Shown here piece after piece: positions 52,901-63,102 of a stretch of DNA of 64,000 bases. Every line of letters begins with the position of its first letter. The first letter of the stretch is position 1. A program made the position numbers and the translations under genes. The DNA is from Candidatus Moanibacter sp. (GTDB lineage: Bacteria; Verrucomicrobiota; Verrucomicrobiia; Opitutales; UBA2987), in contig CBDCEW010000105.1 in assembly GCA_965215885.1 (NCBI GenBank), forward strand, positions 256,001 through 320,000, in the 5' to 3' direction. The notes below the pieces were generated by a model, which worked only from the letters and a program-made list of their open reading frames with translations, was not told where the DNA came from and searched no databases.

Positions 52901-53831
52901 TGACCAGGTTCACGTTCTCCAGAATCGTCGTCACCGCCGGCATTCTCAGTCCCCCGCTCTGCAAAAATCCGTACAAGCTCATCGACTCGCGCACAAACCG
53001 CCGTGCCGGTTTCGTGGTCAACGAACCCAGAAACCCTCGAATCATCACGAACACGTATACCGCATAAGCCGGCATCCGCGGCCGGCCTGCCCCAAGATTC
53101 AATTCAGCAGCCAGAATATTCTCCTCCTCGATGTCCAGCTCCGGCAGCTCCGCTGTGCGCCCTTCAAAGAACCTGCGATCTTCCAATCGAAGTTTCTTCT
53201 TCTCACGCGCATGGGCGTCCAGATCCTTCTCGATCGCCTCGATGATTTGCGCCGCGAACCCGGCCAATTCTTCAACTTCATCCAGAAAATCACGGAAATC
53301 CGTGTCTGGAACCGGCAGAATGAGGTTGCTAAGGGGCGTCTTATCGCTTTTGTTCTCCTCTGTCGCACATGTTGGCATGTTTAACTCCTTTCTTAATCTT
53401 AGGTTGTTAAACACTAGCATGTTGCGACACTTTTTATCAAGCCAAAAAATGATTTTTCTCAAGTTTTTCTTGCGCCTTTTGCGCCTCTTTGCGGCCAATC
53501 AGTAGCTTTTCGGATAAGGTCTTACTACGTAAGCAGTCTCAATCCCGCCGATTTGAGCCCTCAACAGTTCCTCTCGAAAATTCGCAACCATTGGTCGATC
53601 GAAAATAAAAATCATTACCCCAGGGATCGCTTCTTCGATGAAGATCGATGTATGATCCGTAATCATAACGCAGCCAGAATTCTTGCTGCATGCAGGCAAC
53701 TGGTTCTCAGCCTCAAGTCTTCCATGGGCGCTGAATCCACTCCCGCACTCTGTGATGATTTCGTCTTTAACTTACATAAGGCCATCAATATCATCACCTA
53801 ATGCTCCGAGAATCAAAATACATCCGGGCTG
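49929..53831 (+). mobile_element. ISAs1-family element with DUF4338(DruA-like)-fused transposase (50024..53801), interrupted twice
   Basis: N-domain HHYL..GETLRYVA..RDEWIGW..NRRFLILP..ETFVDP; ISAs1 motifs IAVDGKTL, DKSNEI, DAMHNQ, IKDNQP, DHGRLEIR, HWSIEN..RD..FDED; ends approximate. Confidence 0.85.
51605..53521 (-). mobile_element. IS-A copy 5, intact (1917 bp), TSD TTACTA; transposase 51828..53378
   Basis: TTACTA at 51599-51604 and 53522-53527, inside the ISAs1 transposase. Confidence 0.97.
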
Positions 53832-53840
53832 CAGGAGTTT

Positions 53841-54470
53841 GTGGCCGACCGGAATCGAGTGACCTCGGATCAGGAGAGGGAAGGGGAGTGGGAAGCTGCC
53901 GTGGAGACTGCGCAACGAATGCAGACGATGATCCAGGAAATCGTATCGGTGCTGCAAGAGGAGGAGCATGCGGCTGAGTATGAGTATTCGATTGAGGAGA
54001 TTAGAGAGATAATTGGAGACAGAGCCGAGCCGATAGCGAAGAAGAAGGGCGTGCATTTTCAGGCGGATGCTGCGCCCGATGGCTCGATTGACAGCCGGAG
54101 GGGAAATCTCCTGCTTCTCATATTAATGAACCTGATTCAAAACGCCATAGAAGCTACGCCGGCAGGAAATAGAGTGTGGCTCTCTTTCAAAGAGGAAGAA
54201 AACAATCTGGAGATTAGCGTCTCCGATACTGGAGGAGGATTACCGGATTATGTTCAAGAAAATCTGTTTTCTCCTTGTCGAAGCACCAAAGAGAACGGTA
54301 GCGGGGTGGGGCTCGCGATCAGCCAACAGTTGGCAAAGCATATCCAGGGCGAGTTGGCCCTCGAAGAGACCGGTCCTGGGGGTACGCGTTTTCACCTGGG
54401 TATGTGCCTTGAGAGGCGTTTGCCCAACCGCGACGAGGAACACGCCGGTTCCGCGACAGAAGTGGCGTAA
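53841..54470 (+). pseudogene. C-terminal HATPase_c fragment of a sensor histidine kinase
   Basis: NLIQNAIEA, VSDTGGG, GSGVGLAIS; H-box and sensor part missing. Confidence 0.8.
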
Positions 54471-54573
54471 GCAATGAAAGTCAGGGAAGTCGAAGTTTCC
54501 GATCTGCGCCTTCCGTCGCCGCTTCGCTGTGCCGTGACAAGTGCTCTTCATCACTTCTCGAATTTTTGAAACA

Positions 54574-57105
54574 ATGAGGTTACGTGTTATAATATGCAGT
54601 CTCTTTGGTATTTCCTTCGGTGTGGCGGGGAAAGCGCAAACGCCGGGAGATGAAATATGGCGGTTTACCGCGGGAGATGTCATCATTTCTTCACCCGCGG
54701 TGGCGTCGGATGGAACGATCTATGTCGGCGCCCAGGATAACAATCTGTATGCCGTTAATCCGGATGGCACACAGAAGTGGGTGTTTACTGGCGCTACAGA
54801 CTGGATCGATTCGTCGCCCGCAGTTGGCGCCGACGGGACCGTTTATGTGGGATCGTGGGACAACAAACTGTATGCATTAGATGCGGCCGATGGTTCGGAG
54901 GTTTGGAGTTTTGAGACTGGTAGTCTCATTGTTTCCTCGCCCGCCGTTGCGCTCGACGGAACGATTTATTTTGGGTCCTCCGACGGGATATTTTATGCAC
55001 TCAATGCCGACGGCACTCTGAAGTGGCAGTACGTGACCGGTGATGAACTGGATTCGTCTCCAGCGGTGGGTGATGATGGGACGATTTATTTCGGAAGCTA
55101 CGAAGACAAGCTCATCGCACTCAATCCCGATAGTTCCCTGAAATGGGAGTTTGAAGTGGAAATGGTTGAGGGAGAAGACGGGCGTGTGGTCTCTTCACCG
55201 GCGGTCGATGGAGATGGCAATATCTATTTCGGTTCCGGCAACACGAATCTCTATGCTCTCGACCCCAACGGTATGGAAATCTGGTCCTTCACGACCGATG
55301 GCAAAGTGGACTCCTCACCAGCGATCGGCCTCGATGGGACGATCTATTTCGCCTCTCGTGAGGGATATCTCTATTCGGTTGACGAAGGGGGAATCGAGAA
55401 CTGGTCGATTCTGGTGGGCGACGTCTTTTTGAGTTCTCCGGCGGTAGATTCGGCGGGAAATGTCTATATCGCGGCGTTCGCCGGGAACGGTATGAGCAAG
55501 GTATTCGTTTTTGATCAGGATGCCGTATTCTTATGGGAATTTGTCGTTAGCGCTCTGGTGGATTCTTCTCCTGCGATCGGTTCCAACGGAGTATTGTATA
55601 TTGGAGCGTACGATAATAATCTGTATGCGCTTCAAGCGGGAAATCCCTTAGCGAACAGCTTCTGGCCGCAATTCTCGCACGATCCCAAGCACACGGGAAG
55701 CGTGGAAGGCGGCGACCCGCCGACTATCGTGCAGTCGCCCAGTTCCGCCACCGTGGATGCGGGGGAATCCGTTACCTTCAGCGTTGTAGCAGCGGGAACG
55801 GAGCCGCTCAGCTATCAGTGGCGCAAAGATGGGCAGATTCTGAGTGGGGAAGATGGCACCGATCTGACTCTCGATAACGTGGCTGAACAAGATGAAGGCG
55901 ACTACGATGTGGTTGTTGCCAATGTTCTCGGGCAGGAGGTAAGCGCAGCGGCTACTTTGTCTGTCAACAGCGGCGGTGGAAAACAGAATCAGACGATTAC
56001 TTTCGATCCGATCCCGAATCAGACTTACGGGATGGATGGGGTTGCTTTGAGCGCTACGGCGACAAGCGGGCTTACGGTGAGTTTCTCCGTCATTTCGGGG
56101 CCGTCGGTCCCGAACAGCGATAACACGCTTACTATGACAGGAGTTGGAACGGTCATGGTGCGCGCGTCACAGGCTGGCGATGACAATTTTAATCCCGCCC
56201 CCGATGTTGATGAAAACTTTGCAATAAGCGCGGCCGGTTCCGGGGCGGCGGCGTTGTTGACGGGAGGAAATGCGAAACTCGTTAACGAAGGAACCTTCTT
56301 TGACGGAAATACCTACAACGGCTTTGAGATTGCCGGTCCCACGGGGACCTTTTCTTCTATCGCGGGAGAGATAACTCGTATATCTTTCCTCGAATCAGAG
56401 GGTGACCTCATGTTTGCCGAATTCGGGAGTGAGAACACCGACACGGTCCTCATTATTACCTTGGACGGCTTTGTAGCTGCTGTGCCTTCTCCGTATAACC
56501 AGGGCGACCTCACTTACGCGCAGGGACACCCCTCCTTTGAGATCAGGAATTCGACGGCACTCACCTTTGTGTCATTTTTCAGTCTCGGAAATGATATTCT
56601 GCGAGTCGATGTCTCTCTCATAAATGAAAATACTTTCAGCGGGTCGGTTAACGGGATCGCGGAGATCAATTCGCTTACAATCTCCGACGGCGCCACCGCT
56701 ATTGGAGGCATCAGCGCGGCAAATGCGAATTTTGTCGGATCGGACGGCATAATCGGAATCGATGCGCCGGATCTCCAGGTGGGCGTATTCGGTTTTGTGG
56801 GTGATCTGACGCCTTCCGGTACGGTCCTGCCTGTGCTTCGGATCAATACGAATTCAATGATCGGCGGTATTCTCATCGCAGGGGGCGATTTGGCGGAGGC
56901 CACGGGCGCTTTTCAGATAGATTCCGCCGGAATTGTCTACCCATTCCCCATTACGGCAACGGAAGGGCAACGCTCTATCAGCAACAGTTCATTCCGGCCT
57001 GCTCTCGGTGACGGATTTCTACCGCCTGTTACGACCACTTTTGTGTCAGATATCGATGCCTATTTTCTGACCGACGGCCAGAGTACGGGAACTTCAGGAG
57101 AGTGA
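54574..57105 (+). CDS. Secreted PQQ-like beta-propeller protein with Ig domains
   Basis: Eight SSPAV..DGTIY.GS repeats; LSYQWRKDG Ig domain; QTITFDPIP domain. Confidence 0.88.
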   Translation: MRLRVIICSLFGISFGVAGKAQTPGDEIWRFTAGDVIISSPAVASDGTIYVGAQDNNLYAVNPDGTQKWVFTGATDWIDSSPAVGADGTVYVGSWDNKLYALDAADGSEVWSFETGSLIVSSPAVALDGTIYFGSSDGIFYALNADGTLKWQYVTGDELDSSPAVGDDGTIYFGSYEDKLIALNPDSSLKWEFEVEMVEGEDGRVVSSPAVDGDGNIYFGSGNTNLYALDPNGMEIWSFTTDGKVDSSPAIGLDGTIYFASREGYLYSVDEGGIENWSILVGDVFLSSPAVDSAGNVYIAAFAGNGMSKVFVFDQDAVFLWEFVVSALVDSSPAIGSNGVLYIGAYDNNLYALQAGNPLANSFWPQFSHDPKHTGSVEGGDPPTIVQSPSSATVDAGESVTFSVVAAGTEPLSYQWRKDGQILSGEDGTDLTLDNVAEQDEGDYDVVVANVLGQEVSAAATLSVNSGGGKQNQTITFDPIPNQTYGMDGVALSATATSGLTVSFSVISGPSVPNSDNTLTMTGVGTVMVRASQAGDDNFNPAPDVDENFAISAAGSGAAALLTGGNAKLVNEGTFFDGNTYNGFEIAGPTGTFSSIAGEITRISFLESEGDLMFAEFGSENTDTVLIITLDGFVAAVPSPYNQGDLTYAQGHPSFEIRNSTALTFVSFFSLGNDILRVDVSLINENTFSGSVNGIAEINSLTISDGATAIGGISAANANFVGSDGIIGIDAPDLQVGVFGFVGDLTPSGTVLPVLRINTNSMIGGILIAGGDLAEATGAFQIDSAGIVYPFPITATEGQRSISNSSFRPALGDGFLPPVTTTFVSDIDAYFLTDGQSTGTSGE

Positions 57106-57175
57106 TGCATAACTGCGCTTTTCCACAATGGGTAAGCGACACTTCGGCGTAGCTTTTGATTGGCCTCGAAATAAC

Positions 57176-57357
57176 CTAGCCCGAAAATTTCACAAATCTA
57201 CTACTACTACGACGGATCTCACCGCGTGTCAATGCCTTCCCTTGCCCGGCGACCTCAGAGGGTCTTAACACACTGTCGCCCGCCGTACTTCGGGAGGGCA
57301 TTGACATGCAGCGATCTACGCCGTCTCGCTACGAAGTGTGTGAAATGTCCGGGCTAG
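57176..57357. mobile_element. MITE (182 bp), homolog of 23683-23873
   Basis: CTAGCCCGAAAATTTCACA...TGTGAAATGTCCGGGCTAG. Confidence 0.85.
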
Positions 57358-57474
57358 CGCAGCCAAGCGGCGACCAATAAAATAAGAAGAGAACCGGTCT
57401 GCCGTACGGCAGACCACGCAGATGGACGCGAATGCAAAAGGAAACTCATACTTCCCTTGGAAACCTCGTCGCGA

Positions 57475-58270
57475 ATCCCGCTGTCCGGAAATGTCGATAC
57501 CGATCTCGTGCATCACTTTAACAGCAAGGGGATTGAGCCCGTGTTTTTCAATTCCCGCCGAGGACGGTTCAAAAACATCGCCTCGGAAGTAGCGGCATGT
57601 CGCGGTAGTCAATGCCCGGCCAGTTGAACAGGGTGATGTCGTGTTGGTAATGAGTGGGAAATTGCGCCGATTCCACGAGCCGGCGATACTTCCATAGCGG
57701 CCCTTTCGTGCCCGCCATCTCCTCGAACACCTGGTACTCGAGCCAGCCGGTCGTCTCACCGTAAATCTCGCCGCCGTGCACTTGGATACGCAGACCTAGC
57801 GTTGGTGGTCGCGGTAATGCTCGTAGTGAGTCGGCTTCGCAATGCGATGGTTCTCACCCTCGGGCTTCCGTTCGAGGGCGAATGTGTATGTGCAACTTTG
57901 CACACAATGTGGCTTCGTGTCGTGCGGCTGAGCATGTGGTTCGGAGGTCTCTTGCACAGATTCCGCGCCCACCACATAATCCGTGCCCGTCAGCTGCAGC
58001 ATATCACCCAGCTCCGTCGCGTCCAAAATATACTGAAACGCAATCCGCACGGCACGGCCGTTGTCGAGGTTTTGCGCCGTGATAGAAACGACGCGGTCGC
58101 CTTCCATCTGTGCTTCGGTCGCCTTTGTGCGCAGAAAAACCTTCAACCGTCCTCCCTCGACCTGCGGCGAAAGCAACTTGTCGATTGCGTCGACCGCCAC
58201 TATCGCCCCCAGCGGATCTCCCTCCTCCGGAACGCGCATTACGTCAACGAGCGCTTTTAATTTTCTCTTC
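57475..58270 (-). pseudogene. Fragments of an FAD-dependent oxidoreductase fused to an ArsC/LMWPTP fragment
   Basis: [72 protein letters not shown]. Confidence 0.72.
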
Positions 58271-58396
58271 ATCGGCCATTCATTCTGGCAGTTGCGGGAG
58301 CTGAACAAAGTATGCCTCGTCCTGATCGATCCAGAAAGTGTTCGTTGAGTACCTACTTTTCATCCGCCGCAAACAGCCGGTATCTTGTTAGCTGAC

Positions 58397-58576
58397 TTAG
58401 TCATCTGATAATTTAGTAGAATCAGATTCGGAATCTTCTAATTCTTCTACCTGGTCAGCGATTTCCTTCTTCTCTGCGTTTCGTTCGCGGTGCCAATACT
58501 CCCTCTTACCCTCCTTGCGCAGATGTCTTGCCCACTCAGGCGAAGTAGCAAGCGTATCTTTCTTCTTTGTGGACAT
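58397..58576 (-). CDS. Small cassette-borne hypothetical protein (59 aa)
   Basis: ATG just after core GTTAGCT (58583-58589); complementary inverse core AGCTAAC (58387-58393) just after the stop. Confidence 0.65.
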   Translation of the reverse strand: MSTKKKDTLATSPEWARHLRKEGKREYWHRERNAEKKEIADQVEELEDSESDSTKLSDD

Positions 58577-58678
58577 TCCAGGAGCTAACGTGGCGGTGAG
58601 GGACTCGCCCCTTACCTTGCTCTGCACTAGCTTGGCCAGGTGAAAAGTCGCTGTCACTCTTGAAAAACTGCAACGCGT

Positions 58679-59680
58679 TTAGGAATGTTTCTCTCCACCA
58701 TTTTGGGCTTCTAATTGCTTGTTTGTATGTTTCGAAAAGAATACCCAAATCGCTTCCGAAGCATCAAAATCGCGACAGGTATTACCAACGATGCGAACTG
58801 GAAGATACTGTCTTGTCCCCGGCCAGGTGTGTCCACCGCCGATGACCTTGTATAAGACAACAGACACGCCAGTTTTATTATTTGTCCATTCAGTTCGTTC
58901 GACCGTTGAACCGTCGTGTTTCTCGATGTCAGGGAGACCCGTAATCACACCTTTAGCGCCGATTCCATTGTGCCTGAGCCAAAATTCTATTGTATCATCC
59001 GTCGAGATTACCTTGCCTCTGCTCGGCCGTCTACGGAGCTTAGCTAACCGTGGAAATAGCTGAGGTGTGACTTCACCTCCTTCATAGGGTACAAAGGGAT
59101 CCTGTGTGCCGTTGATGATCAACACTGAAACCTGCCTCTTTGGTTTTGCCTCGGCCAGTGGCTCAGGAATCTGGGCAGTCAACGAGGCTACCGCTGCGAA
59201 ATGCTGCCCCAACTCGATGGCTAGACGCTGAGAAAACATCCCGCCGTTCGAGATGCCGGTAGCGTAAACTCGTGTTTTGTCGATAGAATACTTTCTTTCG
59301 AGTCCTCCGATGAGCCCTTCTATCCAAGCAACATCGTTGATCGTCGCATCGTGGTCCCGGAACTTCTCGCTATGTCTCCCATCGTTCCAGTGTTTGTCGA
59401 TAGATTGAGGATAAATTGCAATGAAACCATGCTTCTCAGATAACATGCTAAAACCTGAGAAACCGGCAATCTGGCGGGCATCTCCCCCTCCTCCATGAAA
59501 CACAATTACAACTGGTGCAGCCAATTCTTCTTGATAAGTAGAAGGAAGGTGAACGAAATACTCTCGCCTGAAATCTCCTGATTGCATCACTTCCCTAAGA
59601 AGCTCTGCTGATAAACACTCGCTTGCCAGCAAGAGTAGAAGGACTCCTGGAATGATTTGGTGTGATTTGTAAATCTTCAC
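58679..59680 (-). CDS. PHB-depolymerase/LpqC-like secreted esterase, cassette-borne
   Basis: FHGGGG, GISNGG nucleophile elbow, GTQDP, GGGHTWPG. Confidence 0.88.
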   Translation of the reverse strand: MKIYKSHQIIPGVLLLLLASECLSAELLREVMQSGDFRREYFVHLPSTYQEELAAPVVIVFHGGGGDARQIAGFSGFSMLSEKHGFIAIYPQSIDKHWNDGRHSEKFRDHDATINDVAWIEGLIGGLERKYSIDKTRVYATGISNGGMFSQRLAIELGQHFAAVASLTAQIPEPLAEAKPKRQVSVLIINGTQDPFVPYEGGEVTPQLFPRLAKLRRRPSRGKVISTDDTIEFWLRHNGIGAKGVITGLPDIEKHDGSTVERTEWTNNKTGVSVVLYKVIGGGHTWPGTRQYLPVRIVGNTCRDFDASEAIWVFFSKHTNKQLEAQNGGEKHS

Positions 59681-59699
59681 GATTGCACTTTACCCGTTT

Positions 59700-59750
59700 G
59701 CCCAACGTTTGAGGACAGGTACGCGATTTATCGCGTTTCCTGCACCGGTT
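59700..59750 (-). other. attC site interrupted at its R'' end by the mini-intron
   Basis: Core GTTGGGC (59700-59706); hairpin CAGG.ACGCGA-TTTA-TCGCGT..CCTG. Confidence 0.75.
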
Positions 59751-59988
59751 GTGGGCCGGGCAGATCCGACTGCTCGATGGTGATGTTAACATCAGAAAGG
59801 AAATGACACATGAAGTAAACAAAGTCCAGACCCAGCCCGATCAGCTGACCTGTCCGACGTAGCCTTGGCGAAGTTGGGACCGCCACTTACGGCATGCCAC
59901 CGTCCCGCTGGGTAGGATCCTTCAGGGCGAAGACGGACCCCTACATCCCGCTCAGCGGGATCACGGCCTAAGCCGTTCGAGTGGTGGT
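59751..59988 (+). ncRNA. Miniature group IIC intron derivative (5' ~90 nt joined to domain V)
   Basis: 59751-59841 nearly identical to 60902-60992; then ACCGCCACTTACGG...CCGT.CGAGTGGTGGT; domain VI not seen. Confidence 0.8.
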
Positions 59989-60832
59989 CTAGAAGTGGCG
60001 TCCTTTTACCGTTGGATTGTAGGGCTTTAGTTCCAATTCCCTCGAGTCGAAAAGTAATGCGCTGAATTTTCTCGACAGCGATCGGCTTGCCTTCACTCCA
60101 GGCAGGACGGTAGATCGATTGTAAGACGGCTTTCAACGCTGGATCCTCAAATTCGGTATGCGATGAACTCTTAACCGCAATTCTTGCGACCGTCCCTAAC
60201 TCGTTAATTCGAATATGTATTGCAACGGATCCCTCAACTCCCTTCCTCTTTAATTCGAATGGATACACAGGCATTGGCATAAATAATCGTCTCGGTTCCA
60301 GAATTTCCTCTTGTCTAAGAATGTATTCATCGATCACTGGTTTCGTGTTGATGCTACCAAATTTGACTTTACTCAATAGCGCGTGAGTGACGACGTCTGC
60401 CATTGAAATGCGTTCTCTGATTTCATGGTCCTTAAAGTAGCTAACCAGAGGTGAATCAGATTCTGATAGCCAATTTTGAGCGACCCAATCGGAGATACAG
60501 AGAAACTCCATTCCGAATCGAACAAATCGATAATATTCGAGTTCTGAAAATCGCATTTCGCCGGGAAAAAATCGACTATTCGTTTTCCAATACCTGAGAT
60601 CCTTAAGAAGGGAGCGCGGAAGAGATCTCCGAAGCTGGCGCACGGCTTCGGTGATATTCCGAGGAATTTCGTTCTTCAATGCCGGAGGTTCTGCAGAGAC
60701 CATTGATAACTCGAAACAGCCGTCTCCGACGTTGGAGTGCACCGCGTTTGGGATGACAGTGGAGCACAGGAAAATCATCAGTGCTTTTCGCAACCACCTT
60801 CCGGGTCGACTTCCTCGTGCTACATCTTGCAT
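59792..60832 (-). CDS. TonB C-terminal domain protein, cassette-borne; 3' end reads into the intron remnant
   Basis: PVYPFELKRKGVEGSV...INELGTV...FEDPALKAV..YRPA..GKP. Confidence 0.75.
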   Translation of the reverse strand: MQDVARGSRPGRWLRKALMIFLCSTVIPNAVHSNVGDGCFELSMVSAEPPALKNEIPRNITEAVRQLRRSLPRSLLKDLRYWKTNSRFFPGEMRFSELEYYRFVRFGMEFLCISDWVAQNWLSESDSPLVSYFKDHEIRERISMADVVTHALLSKVKFGSINTKPVIDEYILRQEEILEPRRLFMPMPVYPFELKRKGVEGSVAIHIRINELGTVARIAVKSSSHTEFEDPALKAVLQSIYRPAWSEGKPIAVEKIQRITFRLEGIGTKALQSNGKRTPLLDHHSNGLGRDPAERDVGVRLRPEGSYPAGRWHAVSGGPNFAKATSDRSADRAGSGLCLLHVSFPF

Positions 60833-60844
60833 CGACTCTTGAAA

Positions 60845-60901
60845 ATCCACCGTCAAAGCGCACTCGCGGAGGCGTAAGCCGGAGTTGAGTGCCGCCTTGT
60901 T
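60845..60901 (-). other. attC site split by the group II intron (remainder 63487-63490)
   Basis: Rejoined minus strand GCCC|AAC-AAGGCGGCACTC..GGC-TTAC-GCC..GAGTGCGC..GGTGGAT; core GTT mutated to GGT. Confidence 0.8.
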
Positions 60902-61209
60902 GTGTGCCGGGCAGATCCGACTGCTCGATGGTAATGTTAACATCAGAAAGGAAATGACACAGGAGGTAAACAAAGTCCAGAACCAGCCCGATGGAGGCGA
61001 AGGTTAGCCAATGGCAAGAGTATCACAGCGATGTGGGCTCGGAGGAAGCCGGAGGCAAAGACGCGTGCTGACGAACAGGTATGCCCCGCACCGGAAACGG
61101 TGGAGGGCAGGCAGATGAGGCGGGGGAAGACTGGGACGAATCTGCAACACAAGATGAAGTCCTCTATCCATCAGAGAGTTGACCCACGTAGATCTGATCC
61201 CGCTGAGCG

Positions 61210-62822
61210 CATACGCGTTAACTTAAGGAGAAGAAACAAGAGAGGAAATCAAGTCGAGAACGCTTTTCATAGGTGCAGTGTTTGGGGATTTGTTTGAGCC
61301 ATCGGGGGATGATCTGATCTTTGGGAAGGTGAGAGAGGATGAAGAAGTAGGGAGCAAAGAAGCCAAACCAGTAGGAGAATTTAAGGATACTCAGAGGAGA
61401 GGACAAACTGGTATTCGAATAGTGTCTAAGGGGACCATAGACGAAGTTGAGTAAGTGGGTAATGAGGATGAGACGGGCGTAGATAAGAAGCTCAACCTGG
61501 TAGGGAGTAGTCTCTTTGACCTGACCGAGATTAAGATGTTGCTTAAAGGCCTTGAAGAGAATTTCGATGCGCCATCCCGCTCAGCGGGACCGTAAAAGCT
61601 CAGAATCTGCTTAGGGCTAAAGTCTTTCTGATGGAGGTTGGTAATAAAGATTTGGAAACCGAGAAGGAAGCTGGTGCGGCTGGTATATCGAAGTCTATTG
61701 TCGCGGTTTTTTCTATGCTTGTGGCGGCGTTTATGGGCCACCTTCTGAGGGAGTTTGACGGCGATCAGACGAACCGGAAGCTTGGCTTTTTTACCCACCC
61801 GAACGGGCATATCGAGAAGCTTTTGGCCACGTAAAAGTTTGCGTAGATCGAGCTCTTCATCGCCTTCGTTGGCTAAAAGGCAAGTGCCGGTTTTCAAACG
61901 ACTCACAAAGAAGCAGCCGCGCTGATCGAGTTGCTTAAAGAGGTCGAGGACAAAATAGCCTAAGTCGCGCAGGATCAGGTCGTTGGGTTGAGCAACAGCG
62001 AGAATGTCCTTGGAAGCAGCCTGATCGTTTTTTCGGAAGCTTGAGAGGCTGAAGTCCACGAAGGATTCATTGCGCAAATCGTAATAAGCCTGGATCTTAA
62101 GTTGAGCCTGCTTGGAGCCTGTCTGATTGGAGGCTCCGGGGAAGAAGGGGGCGAGGGCCTTAGGCAAGCCAATCGAAGTGCTGTCGACAATGAGAACCCG
62201 TTCAAAGCTCCTCATGCAATTTGGAACAGCTCTGCCCACAGGCCCATAAGCTTTAAGTTCCAGAAGCTTCAGGAGCACTAAGGTCATAAAAGCGGTGGCT
62301 TTTTTGGCGCACTTTTGGACCGCTTGTCTGGAAATGGTGCGGTTGGCTAAGAATCCAATAAGCTCGGCTTCTTTGCCAAGGGACAAGGCCCCCTTAGAAG
62401 CCATCGCCAGCAAAGCCAAAACAAAGTTCAGTGGGGAAATCTTGCGCGATTTCCTCTCTCTGAAACCACTCTGTTTAGCGAGGGCTGTGAGGTTCAACTT
62501 ACGGAAGGTTTGACGGATACAATCAGCTTTTTTATACTTTGTATCCGAAGGATAAATCCTATATATGAACGAATGTACAGTATAAAATGCTGCCAAAGTG
62601 AAAAAAATGGGGGTAGACGGTAAAAGTAGAGAAGATAACCCGGTCAAAATGCACTCGCTCAACTGCGAATTTCCTCACCGCTGTGGTCGAAACGAAGCAA
62701 ATAGAAAAGGGCGAACAAATGGAGTGGAACCTCGAGGATAGAGACACCCTCATACTCCGCCGCAAAATACCTCGCAAGTCTTTGAATCTGACTAAGTTGC
62801 GAAAATAAGGTTGACGCGTATG
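61210..62822 (-). mobile_element. IS4-family (IS231-like) element, frameshifted transposase (~61218-62560)
   Basis: TIRs CATACGCGTTAAC / CATACGCGTCAAC; IVDSTSI, LRDLGYF, disrupted Y..RWRIE..FK motif; flanks CGCTGAGCG / CGCTCAGCG. Confidence 0.88.
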
Positions 62823-63102
62823 CGCTCAGCGGGATGCGTCGAAAGTAGTCGGAGTAACCCCGGGAGAGCCGCTATGTCTTCTTTGTTTGAGGAGTGAGCA
62901 ACCCGCAAGGGGAGCCCAGCGCATAGCGGCAGTCAGCCGAGGGCATAAGAGTCGTAGAGGAAACGAGCCGGGAGTAGTCGCCGATCCACGGCGTGCCGGG
63001 ATCCGACGAAGAATCCGGAGGACTCACCCCGACAAAGGCCCGAACGGTGCCTTGTGCCGAAGGGCACAGGTAAATGAGAGTGGCAAGTAGGAAGAGCGAC
63101 TA

